From: a virus
DNA length: 64,000 nucleotides
Reading direction: 5' to 3' (one strand)
Virus record (IMG/VR): IMGVR_UViG_3300047552_001147
Span: 30,507 to 94,506 of that record
Of this stretch, positions 46,692-56,478 are shown piece after piece. Made by a program: the position numbers and the translations under genes. The notes below the pieces were generated by a model. That model worked only from the letters and a program-made list of their open reading frames with translations, was not told the DNA's origin and did no database searches. Within the stretch, counting starts at the first letter, position 1, and the number at the start of each line of letters is the position of its first letter.

Positions 46692-47398
46692 GTCATCTCA
46701 TTTGGATGGCAGATCTCTCTAAGACCATAGATTCGCTGCCGCAATAAGGCGTTAAGGTGTACATTCTGTACTTCACTCTTAAACGGAGCACTCCTTTTCA
46801 GGATATACAACGCTGGCCGATATTCTCCGAACGCTTCCTTGTAACGGATGATCCGTCGTTCCACATCATCAAGCAAGAAGAAACCGGCGGACAGGATGAC
46901 TATCTTACACTGAATCCTATCGATTCTCAGTGCGTGAATAGGTTGTTGCTGTACAGGTAGGTTGAAGAGATCGTCACGAGCGTTATCGACATCGTGGGAT
47001 GTGAAGACATGCCCGAGCTCTTTACTGTACGCATCCAGGACCTGCTTTACTAAGCCAGTGAGAGGCTTACGGAATTCCCTGAACAGGAAGATGATCGCCG
47101 AGTTACTAGACGCAAGTGAGTGCACCCCTGAATTTCGGCGGCGCATGAGATTCATCACATTGAGATACTGGTACCGGTTGCTCGCCGGTTCTCCGCCGTA
47201 TGCCTCAGCCATCACCTCGTTTCTTGCATGAATGTATTCTAGGCCGCGATCCCGCTGCTGAAGAAATTCGCTGCGCGTTCTATTAGACTCCTGCAACACC
47301 TGCGAGAAGATGTAGTTGTGTTCGGAGGAGGATTGAATCAGTTGGCCAATCTCTTCGAGAGTGCTGTGTAGTTCCTGGTAAGGGGCGTGTTCAGTCAT
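46673..47398 (-). CDS. hypothetical protein downstream of the sigma factor
   Basis: Overlaps the sigma stop; last gene of the unit. Confidence 0.7.
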   Translation of the reverse strand: MTEHAPYQELHSTLEEIGQLIQSSSEHNYIFSQVLQESNRTRSEFLQQRDRGLEYIHARNEVMAEAYGGEPASNRYQYLNVMNLMRRRNSGVHSLASSNSAIIFLFREFRKPLTGLVKQVLDAYSKELGHVFTSHDVDNARDDLFNLPVQQQPIHALRIDRIQCKIVILSAGFFLLDDVERRIIRYKEAFGEYRPALYILKRSAPFKSEVQNVHLNALLRQRIYGLREICHPNEMTKNQGQ

Positions 47399-48224
47399 TG
47401 TGATCCGCTAACAGCGGTTCATTTTTCAAGGCTACCCACAGTTTTCGTAGCCCGTCATTCTCTAGTTGCCTAATTCGCTCACGAGTGAATCTGTAGAACT
47501 GTGCGAGATCATCGTATGTTTCTGTGTCTTGGTAGCCAAGACCGTAGTGTCTACGAATGATGTCTTCCAGCTCTGGTGGCAATTTGGCTAGCGCCTCGGA
47601 CAGCTTCTGAGATGTTTCATTCTCAAGCATCTCATCGAATACCGCCCTATCTTCGTCGATGATTAACGGATCGTTCTTCAGCTGCCCCATTTCTGACGCA
47701 GTCTCGATGTTCTCAAGCGGAATGATCTGCCGCTCAGAATCTTCAAGATACTGGATGATGGTAGTATCGTCCCACTCCAGCGCAATGAACACTTCTTCCT
47801 GAGAAGGCCGCTGACCGTTCTGCAAATGAAGCTGCTTGGCCATGGCCCGGTACTTAGTATGCAGTACCTTGTGCTGGTGGATCTTCGGCTGGATCGCGTG
47901 AAGCTCCTTACGGATCCTTGCTTGAATCCACCACACAGCGTAAGTAGAGAACCGGTTCTTCTTCGATACCTTGAAGTCGTCGATGGCTTTCATTAGACCA
48001 AGTGTCCCTGCGGACACCAGGTCCATCGCCTTTGCATCGTTAGAGTCAACGAACCTCAAGACGCAGCTCAGCACTAGCCGCATGTTGTGAGTGATGAACA
48101 GGTCTCTTGCGGCGATATCTCCTTTCTTGATCTTACGGAGAAGCTTGCGCTCCTCCTTAGCGTCAAAGTGGGAGAACGTTCTGAACTGATTATAGTACGC
48201 CTGAAATTCGGACTCTTGTTTCAT
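47391..48224 (-). CDS. sigma70-family RNA polymerase sigma factor
   Basis: Region 1.2/2.1 EERKL...ARDLFITHNMRLV; 2.2-2.4 GLMKAIDDF...RFSTYAVWWI; 4.2 TRERIRQLE. Confidence 0.92.
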   Translation of the reverse strand: MKQESEFQAYYNQFRTFSHFDAKEERKLLRKIKKGDIAARDLFITHNMRLVLSCVLRFVDSNDAKAMDLVSAGTLGLMKAIDDFKVSKKNRFSTYAVWWIQARIRKELHAIQPKIHQHKVLHTKYRAMAKQLHLQNGQRPSQEEVFIALEWDDTTIIQYLEDSERQIIPLENIETASEMGQLKNDPLIIDEDRAVFDEMLENETSQKLSEALAKLPPELEDIIRRHYGLGYQDTETYDDLAQFYRFTRERIRQLENDGLRKLWVALKNEPLLADHND

Positions 48225-48233
48225 ACAGGTGGA

Positions 48234-48446
48234 TTACTCAGGCTTCTGGTAAGCCGGCAGCTTCCAAGATGCCTGCAGCCAGGCGATGGTGTCAATGTCA
48301 CTAATCATGCGTTGATCGAGTACCTTACCTAGCTGCTGACCAACATTGTAACACCAGTTACTCAAATCCTCGTTTGGATCTTTAGCCAGTAGTTCTCTTA
48401 GCAGCGCAGCATAGTCGAGCGGGAAATCATACTCTGAGTAGTTCAT
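48234..48446 (-). CDS. hypothetical protein
   Basis: AGGAG RBS. Confidence 0.65.
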   Translation of the reverse strand: MNYSEYDFPLDYAALLRELLAKDPNEDLSNWCYNVGQQLGKVLDQRMISDIDTIAWLQASWKLPAYQKPE

Positions 48447-48447
48447 A

Positions 48448-48819
48448 CTAGACTCCTAGGTTCTTGGCGACTGCCTGTAGGATATCGGCCTGAATGAGAG
48501 GAGCGCGCAATGTCGGCACATCCATGAAGATGAAATCCCATTGGTTCCTGTAGACCGGACTCGGGCTGGCACTAGCCACAGCGGTAGGGATGTTCATGCT
48601 ATTAACTAGCTCCCACAAGATCTTGCCAATCGCGTTCATGTCCTTGATAGACACGTTTTTGAAGTGGAAGATCAGTTTCATGAGGTCTCCGCGAGAGCCA
48701 TCCTCAGCATAGTCTATCAGCATTTGCGGGCTGTTAGCTGTCGGGATGACCTTGCTTCTGAATGTAATCGGACTGATTCCGGGCGCAATGCCCATACTGT
48801 TTTTCAAGTCTTCAGACAA
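48448..48819 (-). CDS. hypothetical protein
   Basis: Cluster ORF with GAGGA RBS. Confidence 0.65.
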   Translation of the reverse strand: MSEDLKNSMGIAPGISPITFRSKVIPTANSPQMLIDYAEDGSRGDLMKLIFHFKNVSIKDMNAIGKILWELVNSMNIPTAVASASPSPVYRNQWDFIFMDVPTLRAPLIQADILQAVAKNLGV

Positions 48820-49264
48820 CTGATTCCTCTTGATTTAGGAGGTGAGGTGAAATGCGATGTAGGTAATCTTCTGCGTCCCTAAAGTAGTGGACCCAGTAGT
48901 TGGTTGTTTTGTATCGTAGTTGCAGGGCAACGGCATAGCCTGTGAGTACACCGACGCCGCTGCTCTTGCCTGACACTGACTTTATCTTGCAACCCCAGGC
49001 GAGGTCACCAAGATCGTCAACGATCTGTCTAGGGAGTCTGGTGTAGAGCCGATATCGGCACCACTTTCCAGGCCTGATGTAGTTAGCTATTGTGTCAGAA
49101 CTAATGCTGTTGCTAATCTCATAGTCCTGTCCCGAGAACGTCTTCCAAAGAAGACCGTTGACTATTGAGGAGATCGCGCGACCAGACAGCTCAGATATCT
49201 TACGGACCTTCCGATATGTCTGGGCGTCTACGTAAACGTTAACCTTCGGATTTCTCGGAATCAT
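48812..49264 (-). CDS. ribbon-helix-helix DNA-binding protein
   Basis: KVNVYVD...Y.KV..IS..SG..ISSIV; possible second RHH. Confidence 0.55.
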   Translation of the reverse strand: MIPRNPKVNVYVDAQTYRKVRKISELSGRAISSIVNGLLWKTFSGQDYEISNSISSDTIANYIRPGKWCRYRLYTRLPRQIVDDLGDLAWGCKIKSVSGKSSGVGVLTGYAVALQLRYKTTNYWVHYFRDAEDYLHRISPHLLNQEESVV

Positions 49265-49451
49265 CTTCCGTGTCCATCTCCCAGTCCTTCGTGTAGCCGC
49301 AGGCACACAGAGAGACTGCTTTCATGCGGACGACATCTTTAACAGGTATCGGCGCACACGCCTCTTTTAGAAGAGTATCGAGTCCTGGGATCTTCTGGGT
49401 CATGTTGGAGCCGCACCGGGGGCAGGACTCTACACCGTACTTTTCGAGCAT
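49239..49451 (-). CDS. small Zn-ribbon protein
   Basis: MLEKYGVESCPRCG...CACG. Confidence 0.6.
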   Translation of the reverse strand: MLEKYGVESCPRCGSNMTQKIPGLDTLLKEACAPIPVKDVVRMKAVSLCACGYTKDWEMDTEDDSEKSEG

Positions 49452-49453
49452 AC

Positions 49454-49969
49454 CTATCCTTTGAGTTTTGTGAACGAAGCCCACCCCAGCGCTATAGCGT
49501 CTGAGATGTCCTCTTGCGTTCCTTTTAGTGGTTGTTTGCCTAGCGTAGCCAGGTCTTCAGCAAAGCGCTCGTTAATGATTCGACGAGTCTCGGTTTTCTT
49601 ATTCTTCTTGGCAGTGTTTCCAATAATGCCTCGGACAGTAGATGCCGTAAGCATTATTGGATCACCACACAGATACGTGTAGGCGGCCTCGGTGGCTACG
49701 CCTATGATGAAGGCTACCTTAGTAAGACTGGAGAAGTTCGGCGCCCCTGCGTTGAACTTAAGGTCTTCTATGGCGATGATATCTGGTTCGTGTTCCCAGC
49801 ACAGTGCTGTAAATCTTGCCCTAAACACGCGCAACCTCTCAGGCATGGACATAGCGTCGTCCAGCTTAAGGGCTTCTGCGCTAACCAATCGAACACGAGT
49901 GCCGGGTAACCGTTCTAAAACGGCTACCCCGCTGACTCTTGTTGCTCCGTCTAGGGCAAGGATCTTCAT
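49454..49969 (-). CDS. ruvC: RuvC-like Holliday junction resolvase
   Basis: ILALDG, IAIED, DISDAIA. Confidence 0.85.
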   Translation of the reverse strand: MKILALDGATRVSGVAVLERLPGTRVRLVSAEALKLDDAMSMPERLRVFRARFTALCWEHEPDIIAIEDLKFNAGAPNFSSLTKVAFIIGVATEAAYTYLCGDPIMLTASTVRGIIGNTAKKNKKTETRRIINERFAEDLATLGKQPLKGTQEDISDAIALGWASFTKLKG

Positions 49970-50263
49970 TCACTTCTTCTCGATATTTGCAGAGTACACG
50001 AGTTCGCCATCATCGTTGATGTGTTGAAATAGTAGGCCCTTATCAACCATCTTGTTGAGAGTGTGTTGGATATCGGCCATGTGATAGAGTTCGGCGACCT
50101 CGTCCGGCGTGTAGGTACGGTCGTTCTCCATCGCGCAAAACAGCAGGTCCGCTACCGCGAGGACGTCGTCATGCTTGTTTGCTTGATAGTCCGAACGATA
50201 GTCCGGATTTCGCGTGATACTGCCGTCTTCTTCTTCGAAGAACCTAACGATTGTGTCACTCAT
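49970..50263 (-). CDS. hypothetical protein (possible winged helix)
   Basis: TLNKMVDKGLL...Y. Confidence 0.6.
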   Translation of the reverse strand: MSDTIVRFFEEEDGSITRNPDYRSDYQANKHDDVLAVADLLFCAMENDRTYTPDEVAELYHMADIQHTLNKMVDKGLLFQHINDDGELVYSANIEKK

Positions 50264-50646
50264 TTCTTTCTCTTAGACGGGGGTACTCTTGTATTGACTT
50301 CTTTCGGGGCCGTCGGAATATCGTTGAACGGTGTCCTGAACAGTTCTTGCAGGGCAGCAACAACGTCCTTAGCGGAGATCTCGTCTACCGCTTTGTTCTT
50401 GAAATACTCTGATCCGCGCAGCCGTATTGTCACCGGCTTGTCGGTATCGTGAATCACGTCGGTTTCGATTGACGGCTCGTACCCGGATACACCCGGAACA
50501 GGTTGAGTCTTCGATACGCGGCTAAATGCGAACCACCCCGTAACCACAGCTTCCTGGGCTAAAGAGCCGTTCTGGTCAACCGCCCTAATCGTAATCGATT
50601 GTGGCAGGAATGTCCAGAACTTGTAGCTATCTAGGTTATCGGACAT
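50260..50646 (-). CDS. hypothetical protein
   Basis: Coupled ORF. Confidence 0.65.
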   Translation of the reverse strand: MSDNLDSYKFWTFLPQSITIRAVDQNGSLAQEAVVTGWFAFSRVSKTQPVPGVSGYEPSIETDVIHDTDKPVTIRLRGSEYFKNKAVDEISAKDVVAALQELFRTPFNDIPTAPKEVNTRVPPSKRKK

Positions 50647-51109
50647 TGTGCCATTCTTTCGAGATTTTGATCATCTGGCTGTTTGTGCTGCGTGAGAGAA
50701 GGTGTACTGTCTTCAAATCACTTCTACTCACTTTTGCGATTTCGACGTTAGTCCATTTTTTGATTGCCTTCTTAAACCTAGTCGCAATGAGGCCGACACA
50801 GTCATCCTGCTCTAGCAGGTTACATAGCGAGTTGACCGCTATTTGGCAATCATTTCGTACCTGAAGTATAGTGTTCTTCGTATCAATTTTGGTGATGTGA
50901 GCGAAGGTATTGGCGTGCTCTATAGCTAGCACCATCCCCAGAAGCTCGCAATGAATGCTGTCGGCGTAGGGTAAGATACCGCTATAGTAGGCACCTGGGA
51001 ATGACTTCCCACGTGCCCCACTATAGTACGGCTTGATGTAGCAGCCATAGGCTGCGTCCATCCCCTTGACAGTTGAATCGACTTTGACGACAAGCCGCTT
51101 ATCTGTCAT
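50636..51109 (-). CDS. RNase H-like protein
   Basis: VKVDS, HCELLGM, RNDCQ match the RNase HI D/E/D spacing. Confidence 0.6.
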   Translation of the reverse strand: MTDKRLVVKVDSTVKGMDAAYGCYIKPYYSGARGKSFPGAYYSGILPYADSIHCELLGMVLAIEHANTFAHITKIDTKNTILQVRNDCQIAVNSLCNLLEQDDCVGLIATRFKKAIKKWTNVEIAKVSRSDLKTVHLLSRSTNSQMIKISKEWHNVR

Positions 51110-52404
51110 GATGTGATGGAGATATTGTGTTCCTCACACAGATCCCACAACCAGTTACCGACGATTGACGCCGCCTGCTTCTCATTCTTCGTCTCGGCTC
51201 TAGCAGCAGTGACACGATTCTTGAGGGCGTCCTTGTTGATGATCTTGGCGACCTCCAGGGCCTTGGCCAGCTCTGATAGGAGCTTGACCTTGGTGTCCGA
51301 AGGAATGAGATCGAAGTCAGGTCGCTTCATAACCTCACCAGTACTCTCCGTGGCCGGTTCCGGTTCCGGAACCTTTTCCGGATGAACCTCAACGCTGGCG
51401 ATTGATGGCGTCAGCATGATGGGGAACTCGCGTACTGAATCGGTTTGGAGGGTGCGTTTTGCTTCACTCTCTGACGCGGCTAGCACAAATGTCAGTTCCT
51501 TCTTCCCGCCAAGCTCGCTGAACCCTTGGTACACGCTGTGCACCGGAGGTACGCCGAGCTTGTCGAAAGTCAGTTCTGGGTTGTTGGTGACAAAGATCAC
51601 TGTAACGCCGGGAACAAGGTGCTCAGCCGCCTTCTTGAGGCCAACGAGTCCGCCAAGCTTGGCTGCCTCGTAGTTCTCCCCGATGATGGTTGATGATAGC
51701 ACCTCAAGCGCCTTCAGGCATTGCATTCCGGCGTCGTCAATATTCAGCCCGGTGCGAACTACGTCTTGGTAGTTATAGAACGCATCCAGACGATCGTTGG
51801 GGATACCGATCTTGATCTTGGTGAAGCCCTCAACAGCCGCCTCATCTTCTGGCTTGACCGATCCGAGGATTCGCTTGACGCGAGTCTCCAGATCAGACAT
51901 TCTCAGAGCTTCCGGACCATCCGTGGTGAGCCAGGGTAGCCACTCGTAGATGCTCGCTTCTGTTAGATAGCCGACCTTGATCAGCGGTCTAACGAGACGG
52001 AACTTGTTCCAGCTCATCGGATGCTCTCCACCTAGAACGGTGGTTGGCAGCCCGATCATCATGAACGCTTCCCATGTCGTGGCCATTTCGTTGGCCTTTG
52101 ACTTACCAATGCCGATCTCCGCCTCTACATACGCGGCGAAAGTTTCGTAGCTCTTGTCAATGAATCCACGCTTTTCTCTCAGCGTGTATAGAAGGAAGCT
52201 GAGTTCAGCATCGTTAACGTCCTTGGAGTTCGCGAGGCTGTGCGCTCTCTCTTCAAGCTCGTCGGAGGTACCGTCTAGGTTGAACGGTACCGTACCTTCC
52301 TTGGCTAGCTGCCGACCATACTCGGCACGCTTCTTAGCCATCTTCGCAGCCTGTCTGTCGGCTTCCGGAGAGCTGGTAATCAGCTCGTCTTTTTCTTCTG
52401 TCAT
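51106..52404 (-). CDS. hypothetical protein
   Basis: 432-aa ORF; YETFAAYVEAEIGIGKSKA HTH-like segment. Confidence 0.75.
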   Translation of the reverse strand: MTEEKDELITSSPEADRQAAKMAKKRAEYGRQLAKEGTVPFNLDGTSDELEERAHSLANSKDVNDAELSFLLYTLREKRGFIDKSYETFAAYVEAEIGIGKSKANEMATTWEAFMMIGLPTTVLGGEHPMSWNKFRLVRPLIKVGYLTEASIYEWLPWLTTDGPEALRMSDLETRVKRILGSVKPEDEAAVEGFTKIKIGIPNDRLDAFYNYQDVVRTGLNIDDAGMQCLKALEVLSSTIIGENYEAAKLGGLVGLKKAAEHLVPGVTVIFVTNNPELTFDKLGVPPVHSVYQGFSELGGKKELTFVLAASESEAKRTLQTDSVREFPIMLTPSIASVEVHPEKVPEPEPATESTGEVMKRPDFDLIPSDTKVKLLSELAKALEVAKIINKDALKNRVTAARAETKNEKQAASIVGNWLWDLCEEHNISITS

Positions 52405-52405
52405 C

Positions 52406-52624
52406 TCAGAACACCTTGTCTTTTTTCATCTCACGCAGCAGCTCTGACATCGCGCGCAGATCAACGCCGGTGAGCCCGATGAACTCGCCGAACTCCGGGT
52501 GGTTGAAGTCCCACACCGTGCCACCCTCTTCGGGCGTAACTCGACTGGTCACTGTCACATCACCTAGCGTGTACGTGGACGTGACTGTCTTCTTCACTTC
52601 TGACGGAACACTGTGTTTGCTCAT
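52406..52624 (-). CDS. hypothetical protein
   Basis: ATGA coupling. Confidence 0.65.
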   Translation of the reverse strand: MSKHSVPSEVKKTVTSTYTLGDVTVTSRVTPEEGGTVWDFNHPEFGEFIGLTGVDLRAMSELLREMKKDKVF

Positions 52625-53640
52625 TTCTTCGCTTTCTTGAGAGGGAAACAGTTTAACCTAAACGGACATGTCTTTGCTGGTGCAGAAGCGCGACTGGTGC
52701 AGATCTTTTGACCGTACAATGGTTGCTTCTTTTCTACCAGCGATCTAATGGTCTTGACGCGTTCCTTCACTCTATTGAACGCGTGCTCAGTTACTGGCAA
52801 CAGGAATCCTCGACTGCTGAGCGTTTCTCTAGAGATGTAGATGAGGATGGCGCCGCCGAAATTGGGAGGAAGGTTCCATTTTCCCGTATCAACGTACAAT
52901 TGCTTAATCATCCCCACATAGATAGCCGATTGCTCGACGTGCTTCTCCATAGGTAGGAGATCGTATCCGGGCTTGAGCGTTATCACGTCACCGCTAACAC
53001 TCTTCTGTAGAGCGGATAGGATGTTCTCTGTGGTGCTCTTTAATTCTAACACGTACCACGTGTCTTTGTCGACTAAAATTCCATCTATTTTTCCGCTGAC
53101 ATCGTGTTCAGTGTCCTCAAGGCGCATCTCACAGTACTCGAAGCCGTCTGCGGTCTTGGCATGATACTCGATGCATTTACGCGTACTGCCAGAGAATCCC
53201 AGCCTAGGCGCGATCGAGACGGTGTTGGCACACGTGTGCGGTTTCAGGCACGCTTCGGAGATAGCCCCGCAGCAGCGGCAGCGCCAGTTTCCCCACATCA
53301 TTCCAGTGCGGGACATGAGCCCGTTCTGGAACCACTCGTGGGTAGCTGTACCGCCCTCAGTCGACTTGATGGCTTCAACTGTCCACTCCTGGTTATCTTC
53401 CCAGATATTCAGGACGCGCTTGAATGCTTCCTTAACATCACACATGTACGGGATCGAGCTCGGGTGGAACCGTTGTGAAGTGCGGCGTCCTTCCCGGTTC
53501 TTACGTATCAGCGTAGTGTTAATGAGGTCACCCAAGTCAAACGACCTAATCGGCGTTGATAGGGCGTCAGCAGCCTTGATCAGGAACTGAGCTATTACCG
53601 GGTCGGGCTTTTCAGTGATAGGTTGAGATTCGTTAGACAT
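52621..53640 (-). CDS. Cas4/AddB-like PD-(D/E)xK exonuclease with Fe-S cysteines
   Basis: HPSS...C, GTATHE, GKIDG, ELKS, QSAIY, C...CPF..NC. Confidence 0.8.
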   Translation of the reverse strand: MSNESQPITEKPDPVIAQFLIKAADALSTPIRSFDLGDLINTTLIRKNREGRRTSQRFHPSSIPYMCDVKEAFKRVLNIWEDNQEWTVEAIKSTEGGTATHEWFQNGLMSRTGMMWGNWRCRCCGAISEACLKPHTCANTVSIAPRLGFSGSTRKCIEYHAKTADGFEYCEMRLEDTEHDVSGKIDGILVDKDTWYVLELKSTTENILSALQKSVSGDVITLKPGYDLLPMEKHVEQSAIYVGMIKQLYVDTGKWNLPPNFGGAILIYISRETLSSRGFLLPVTEHAFNRVKERVKTIRSLVEKKQPLYGQKICTSRASAPAKTCPFRLNCFPLKKAKK

Positions 53641-54341
53641 GCTATAGCGCTTTCTAGGGTTTCAGCCTGGTCTTTGGTTTCTGTGTCGATCGTTGTAACG
53701 CTCGGGAACATGCGATAGAAAGCATCAAGCATGTCTAGGGATGCCGCCCGTTGTATCAGGCGCTCGTATCCGGAAGCGTAAGCCTCGTTCACCACATCGA
53801 TGTTCTTATCAAACGGACAATCCAACGTCGTTCTCTTGCTGATCTTATCAGCCTGACCAGTAAGAATGAACGTCTTATCATACCGGAGCCGGCAGAACGT
53901 TGTGGCCACAAACAGAATCGGATCAATCAGGTGGATCGCTCCACGGGAGATTGCCTGATAGACAAGAGTGGACAGCAAGGATCGGTCGTGGATGACGACC
54001 AGTTCTTGGTTTACTTTTGCCAATTCTGCATCCAATTTTGCAATGTACTCAGATGTTGCCGCCATGCCGCCAAGCATCAGCAGGGATGTGGCCTCTACAC
54101 ATGCGGCGCCACTTGTGCGCAGCTTTTCCAGCTCGCTGAAATTGGCTGACGACATCTTAGCCAGATCAGGTACCGCCACGTTAGGATGCTTGGCGCACGC
54201 CCGTAGGCCCTGAATGATGTCGTTCGGTTGCCTGATAACTGTGGCCTGAAGCCCGTGCGTTTTCATCAGGTGGTTGGCGAGATTGTTACACAGCGTGGTC
54301 TTACCAACGCCGTCCACGCCTTCTACAGCAATGTTGATCAC
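53595..54341 (-). CDS. tmk: thymidylate/dNMP kinase
   Basis: IAVEGVDGVGKTT, HDRSLLSTLVYQ. Confidence 0.85.
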   Translation of the reverse strand: MINIAVEGVDGVGKTTLCNNLANHLMKTHGLQATVIRQPNDIIQGLRACAKHPNVAVPDLAKMSSANFSELEKLRTSGAACVEATSLLMLGGMAATSEYIAKLDAELAKVNQELVVIHDRSLLSTLVYQAISRGAIHLIDPILFVATTFCRLRYDKTFILTGQADKISKRTTLDCPFDKNIDVVNEAYASGYERLIQRAASLDMLDAFYRMFPSVTTIDTETKDQAETLESAIACLTNLNLSLKSPTR

Positions 54342-54550
54342 GCTGTAAAGCCTTCTTTCTTGAGTTGTTGGATCACGTCATCAAAAGCTAAGAACTCTTC
54401 CAGTGGTAGGATGACACTACCGTGCTCAGAGTTTATTTCCACGTCTCCCTTAACTGTGCCAGTGATGTCGACTGTCTTACCGACAAAATCGAATCCTTTG
54501 GTGAATTGCAGCTTAGTCTTGTTAGCTACTTTAGCTCGTTTCTTCGACAT
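54338..54550 (-). CDS. hypothetical protein
   Basis: Coupled ORF. Confidence 0.6.
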   Translation of the reverse strand: MSKKRAKVANKTKLQFTKGFDFVGKTVDITGTVKGDVEINSEHGSVILPLEEFLAFDDVIQQLKKEGFTA

Positions 54551-55013
54551 ACTTCTTCCAGGTTAGTTCTGTTACTATGGCAGTGAATCTGGGCATATTG
54601 AACTTGGTTGTATTGTGCCAGAGTATGCCCACCTTTTGGTTGTCCTGGAGCATCAGGACTTCCGGACAGTGGATCGCGTCGATACGGAAGGAGTTGGCCT
54701 GGATCGAGTAATCACCTATGTACTCATATCCGAGTGTTACGTCCCTGGGTAGCATGACGTAGCGGCCAAACGGAGACGACAGGCACAGTGCCATCAGTGG
54801 CTTGTTTTTGGACGCCGCCTGATAGATCACTTTCTCCCACCACAGTCTTTGAACTTGTAAGCAATCCTTACGAGTTGACTTGTCTTCGACGTGCCAACGC
54901 TCGTCTCCGTTATCGCCCTTGAATAGCTTGCCACAGCCGGAGCCGGGGGTTCGAGCGAGCCCTGTGACCCGCTCGATCCGTTCCTCACTCTTCTTCGATT
55001 GTGACCGGTTCAT
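54531..55013 (-). CDS. Hjc-like PD-(D/E)xK resolvase/nuclease
   Basis: SKKSEERI...RTPGSGC...KGD...VEDKST; start reassigned to MNRSQS. Confidence 0.65.
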   Translation of the reverse strand: MNRSQSKKSEERIERVTGLARTPGSGCGKLFKGDNGDERWHVEDKSTRKDCLQVQRLWWEKVIYQAASKNKPLMALCLSSPFGRYVMLPRDVTLGYEYIGDYSIQANSFRIDAIHCPEVLMLQDNQKVGILWHNTTKFNMPRFTAIVTELTWKKYVEETS

Positions 55014-56478
55014 CGCCCGACTCAGCTCCATCATCAAAAGTGATTCCGAGCTCGGCAAGGGGGTCTTCGCCTCCTGAATCTTCCGAGACCTCTTCATCAG
55101 CTCCAGTGCTTCCGGTGTCATCTCTTGTTGAGACAACATTTGTTCCAATGCGCTGCGCCGCTTCATTGATTAGCTCCAGAATAGGCTCGTCTTTCCAAGG
55201 GCAGTAGTTAAACATGTCCACATTCAGGTGCTTACGCATCTCTGGGCTGAGTCTCAGCGCAAAGATAGGAAGTCTGAGCATGAACCCGATATCGGGGCGT
55301 GAAAGGAAGATCTTGATATCCTTCGCAGAAGTGAAGGTTCTGCCTAGGACATGATACCCTTTGTTGTCCTTGTAGAACCATCTCTTATCGCCCAGACCGC
55401 CCTCACCTAGCTCGGCGACGATGTCCCACAGTCTGGATCCCTCGTCTGTGTCACCGGTAATGTAATCCACCCGGTTAACCGATGTGGGCTTCAGATAGAC
55501 GCGGTAATGAGCCTCTGCGCCAGAGGAGCCAGAGAACTTATCCTTCTTCACCTTAGCCGTGGTGTCGCCGTATGCCTTCTCACCCTTAAACCCACCGCCC
55601 TCGGCTGCATACGCAGTGTTCAGGTGGAGAGTCTGGAATGTGAAGTACTTGCCAGCAAAGCCGCCAGCAGCTTCTCGCGGGTCAGCCATTGGCCCACCGC
55701 TCATACCGATCTTGTTTCGATATTGGTTAGGGAACGCAATTGTTGGCGAGGTTCGGTGCTTAACCCAGCAAGCCGCTGCCGCAGAGTTAATCGCCGAGAC
55801 CAGGTTGCTTACAGCGCGGGCCTTAGTTCCCGGCTGCTTCTTGCCTTCCATGGACTCCCTAGAGGCCAAAGACATTAGGTCATCAATCACGACAAAGTCA
55901 GCCGCCCCGTCGCTCATCAGATGCTGAACAACCGTAGAGGTTTGGTCCAGATTCTCTAGACGAACGATGACGAACTTGGAGTTCGGAGCTAGCTTAACGC
56001 CGGGAATAACCTCGGTGTACTTGTCGATATCTGGGTCACCGAGCAGCATGCCCCAGGCAGTGGCCCAAGCGGAGTCAAATTCTCGCGCAAAGTCGAACCA
56101 CACGACAACCATGCCATCATTTTTACCACAACGGCAGGTTGTCTTGACCTCCCCAGTACGGTCGTTGACGAACTCGATGATTGGGGTATAGCATTGGCGG
56201 CAGGTGCGCTGCGCACTTCTGGCAAGAATGATGCACAGAAGCGTCTTGCCTGTCGACTCGTTACCAAGCAACTGGATGTGGCTTTGGAAGCCAAGTCGGC
56301 AGATAAGGTCGATCTCCAAGAGGCCTGTATAGATCAGCTTCTTGTTAAACTCCGCCACGTCGGCGGTGGCGCGCAGAGCGCCGCCATCCGCCTTCAAGGC
56401 AATCTGTGCTTGGGTAAGCGCGTCCGTCAAAGACTGTCTACCCTCGGTCGTTACCTCTTTATTCTTCTTTTTGGCCAT
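54985..56478 (-). CDS. recA: RecA/UvsX-like recombinase with Zn-ribbon insertion
   Basis: TGLLEIDL, GNESTGKT, FVVIDD, NQYRNKIG, GG.A.KY. Confidence 0.85.
   Translation of the reverse strand: MAKKKNKEVTTEGRQSLTDALTQAQIALKADGGALRATADVAEFNKKLIYTGLLEIDLICRLGFQSHIQLLGNESTGKTLLCIILARSAQRTCRQCYTPIIEFVNDRTGEVKTTCRCGKNDGMVVVWFDFAREFDSAWATAWGMLLGDPDIDKYTEVIPGVKLAPNSKFVIVRLENLDQTSTVVQHLMSDGAADFVVIDDLMSLASRESMEGKKQPGTKARAVSNLVSAINSAAAACWVKHRTSPTIAFPNQYRNKIGMSGGPMADPREAAGGFAGKYFTFQTLHLNTAYAAEGGGFKGEKAYGDTTAKVKKDKFSGSSGAEAHYRVYLKPTSVNRVDYITGDTDEGSRLWDIVAELGEGGLGDKRWFYKDNKGYHVLGRTFTSAKDIKIFLSRPDIGFMLRLPIFALRLSPEMRKHLNVDMFNYCPWKDEPILELINEAAQRIGTNVVSTRDDTGSTGADEEVSEDSGGEDPLAELGITFDDGAESGDEPVTIEEE

Noticed and set aside
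52621-53640. CRISPR-Cas system suggested by the Cas4-like gene
   Set aside because: No repeat-spacer array or other cas genes seen; solo Cas4-like nucleases are common in phage replication modules
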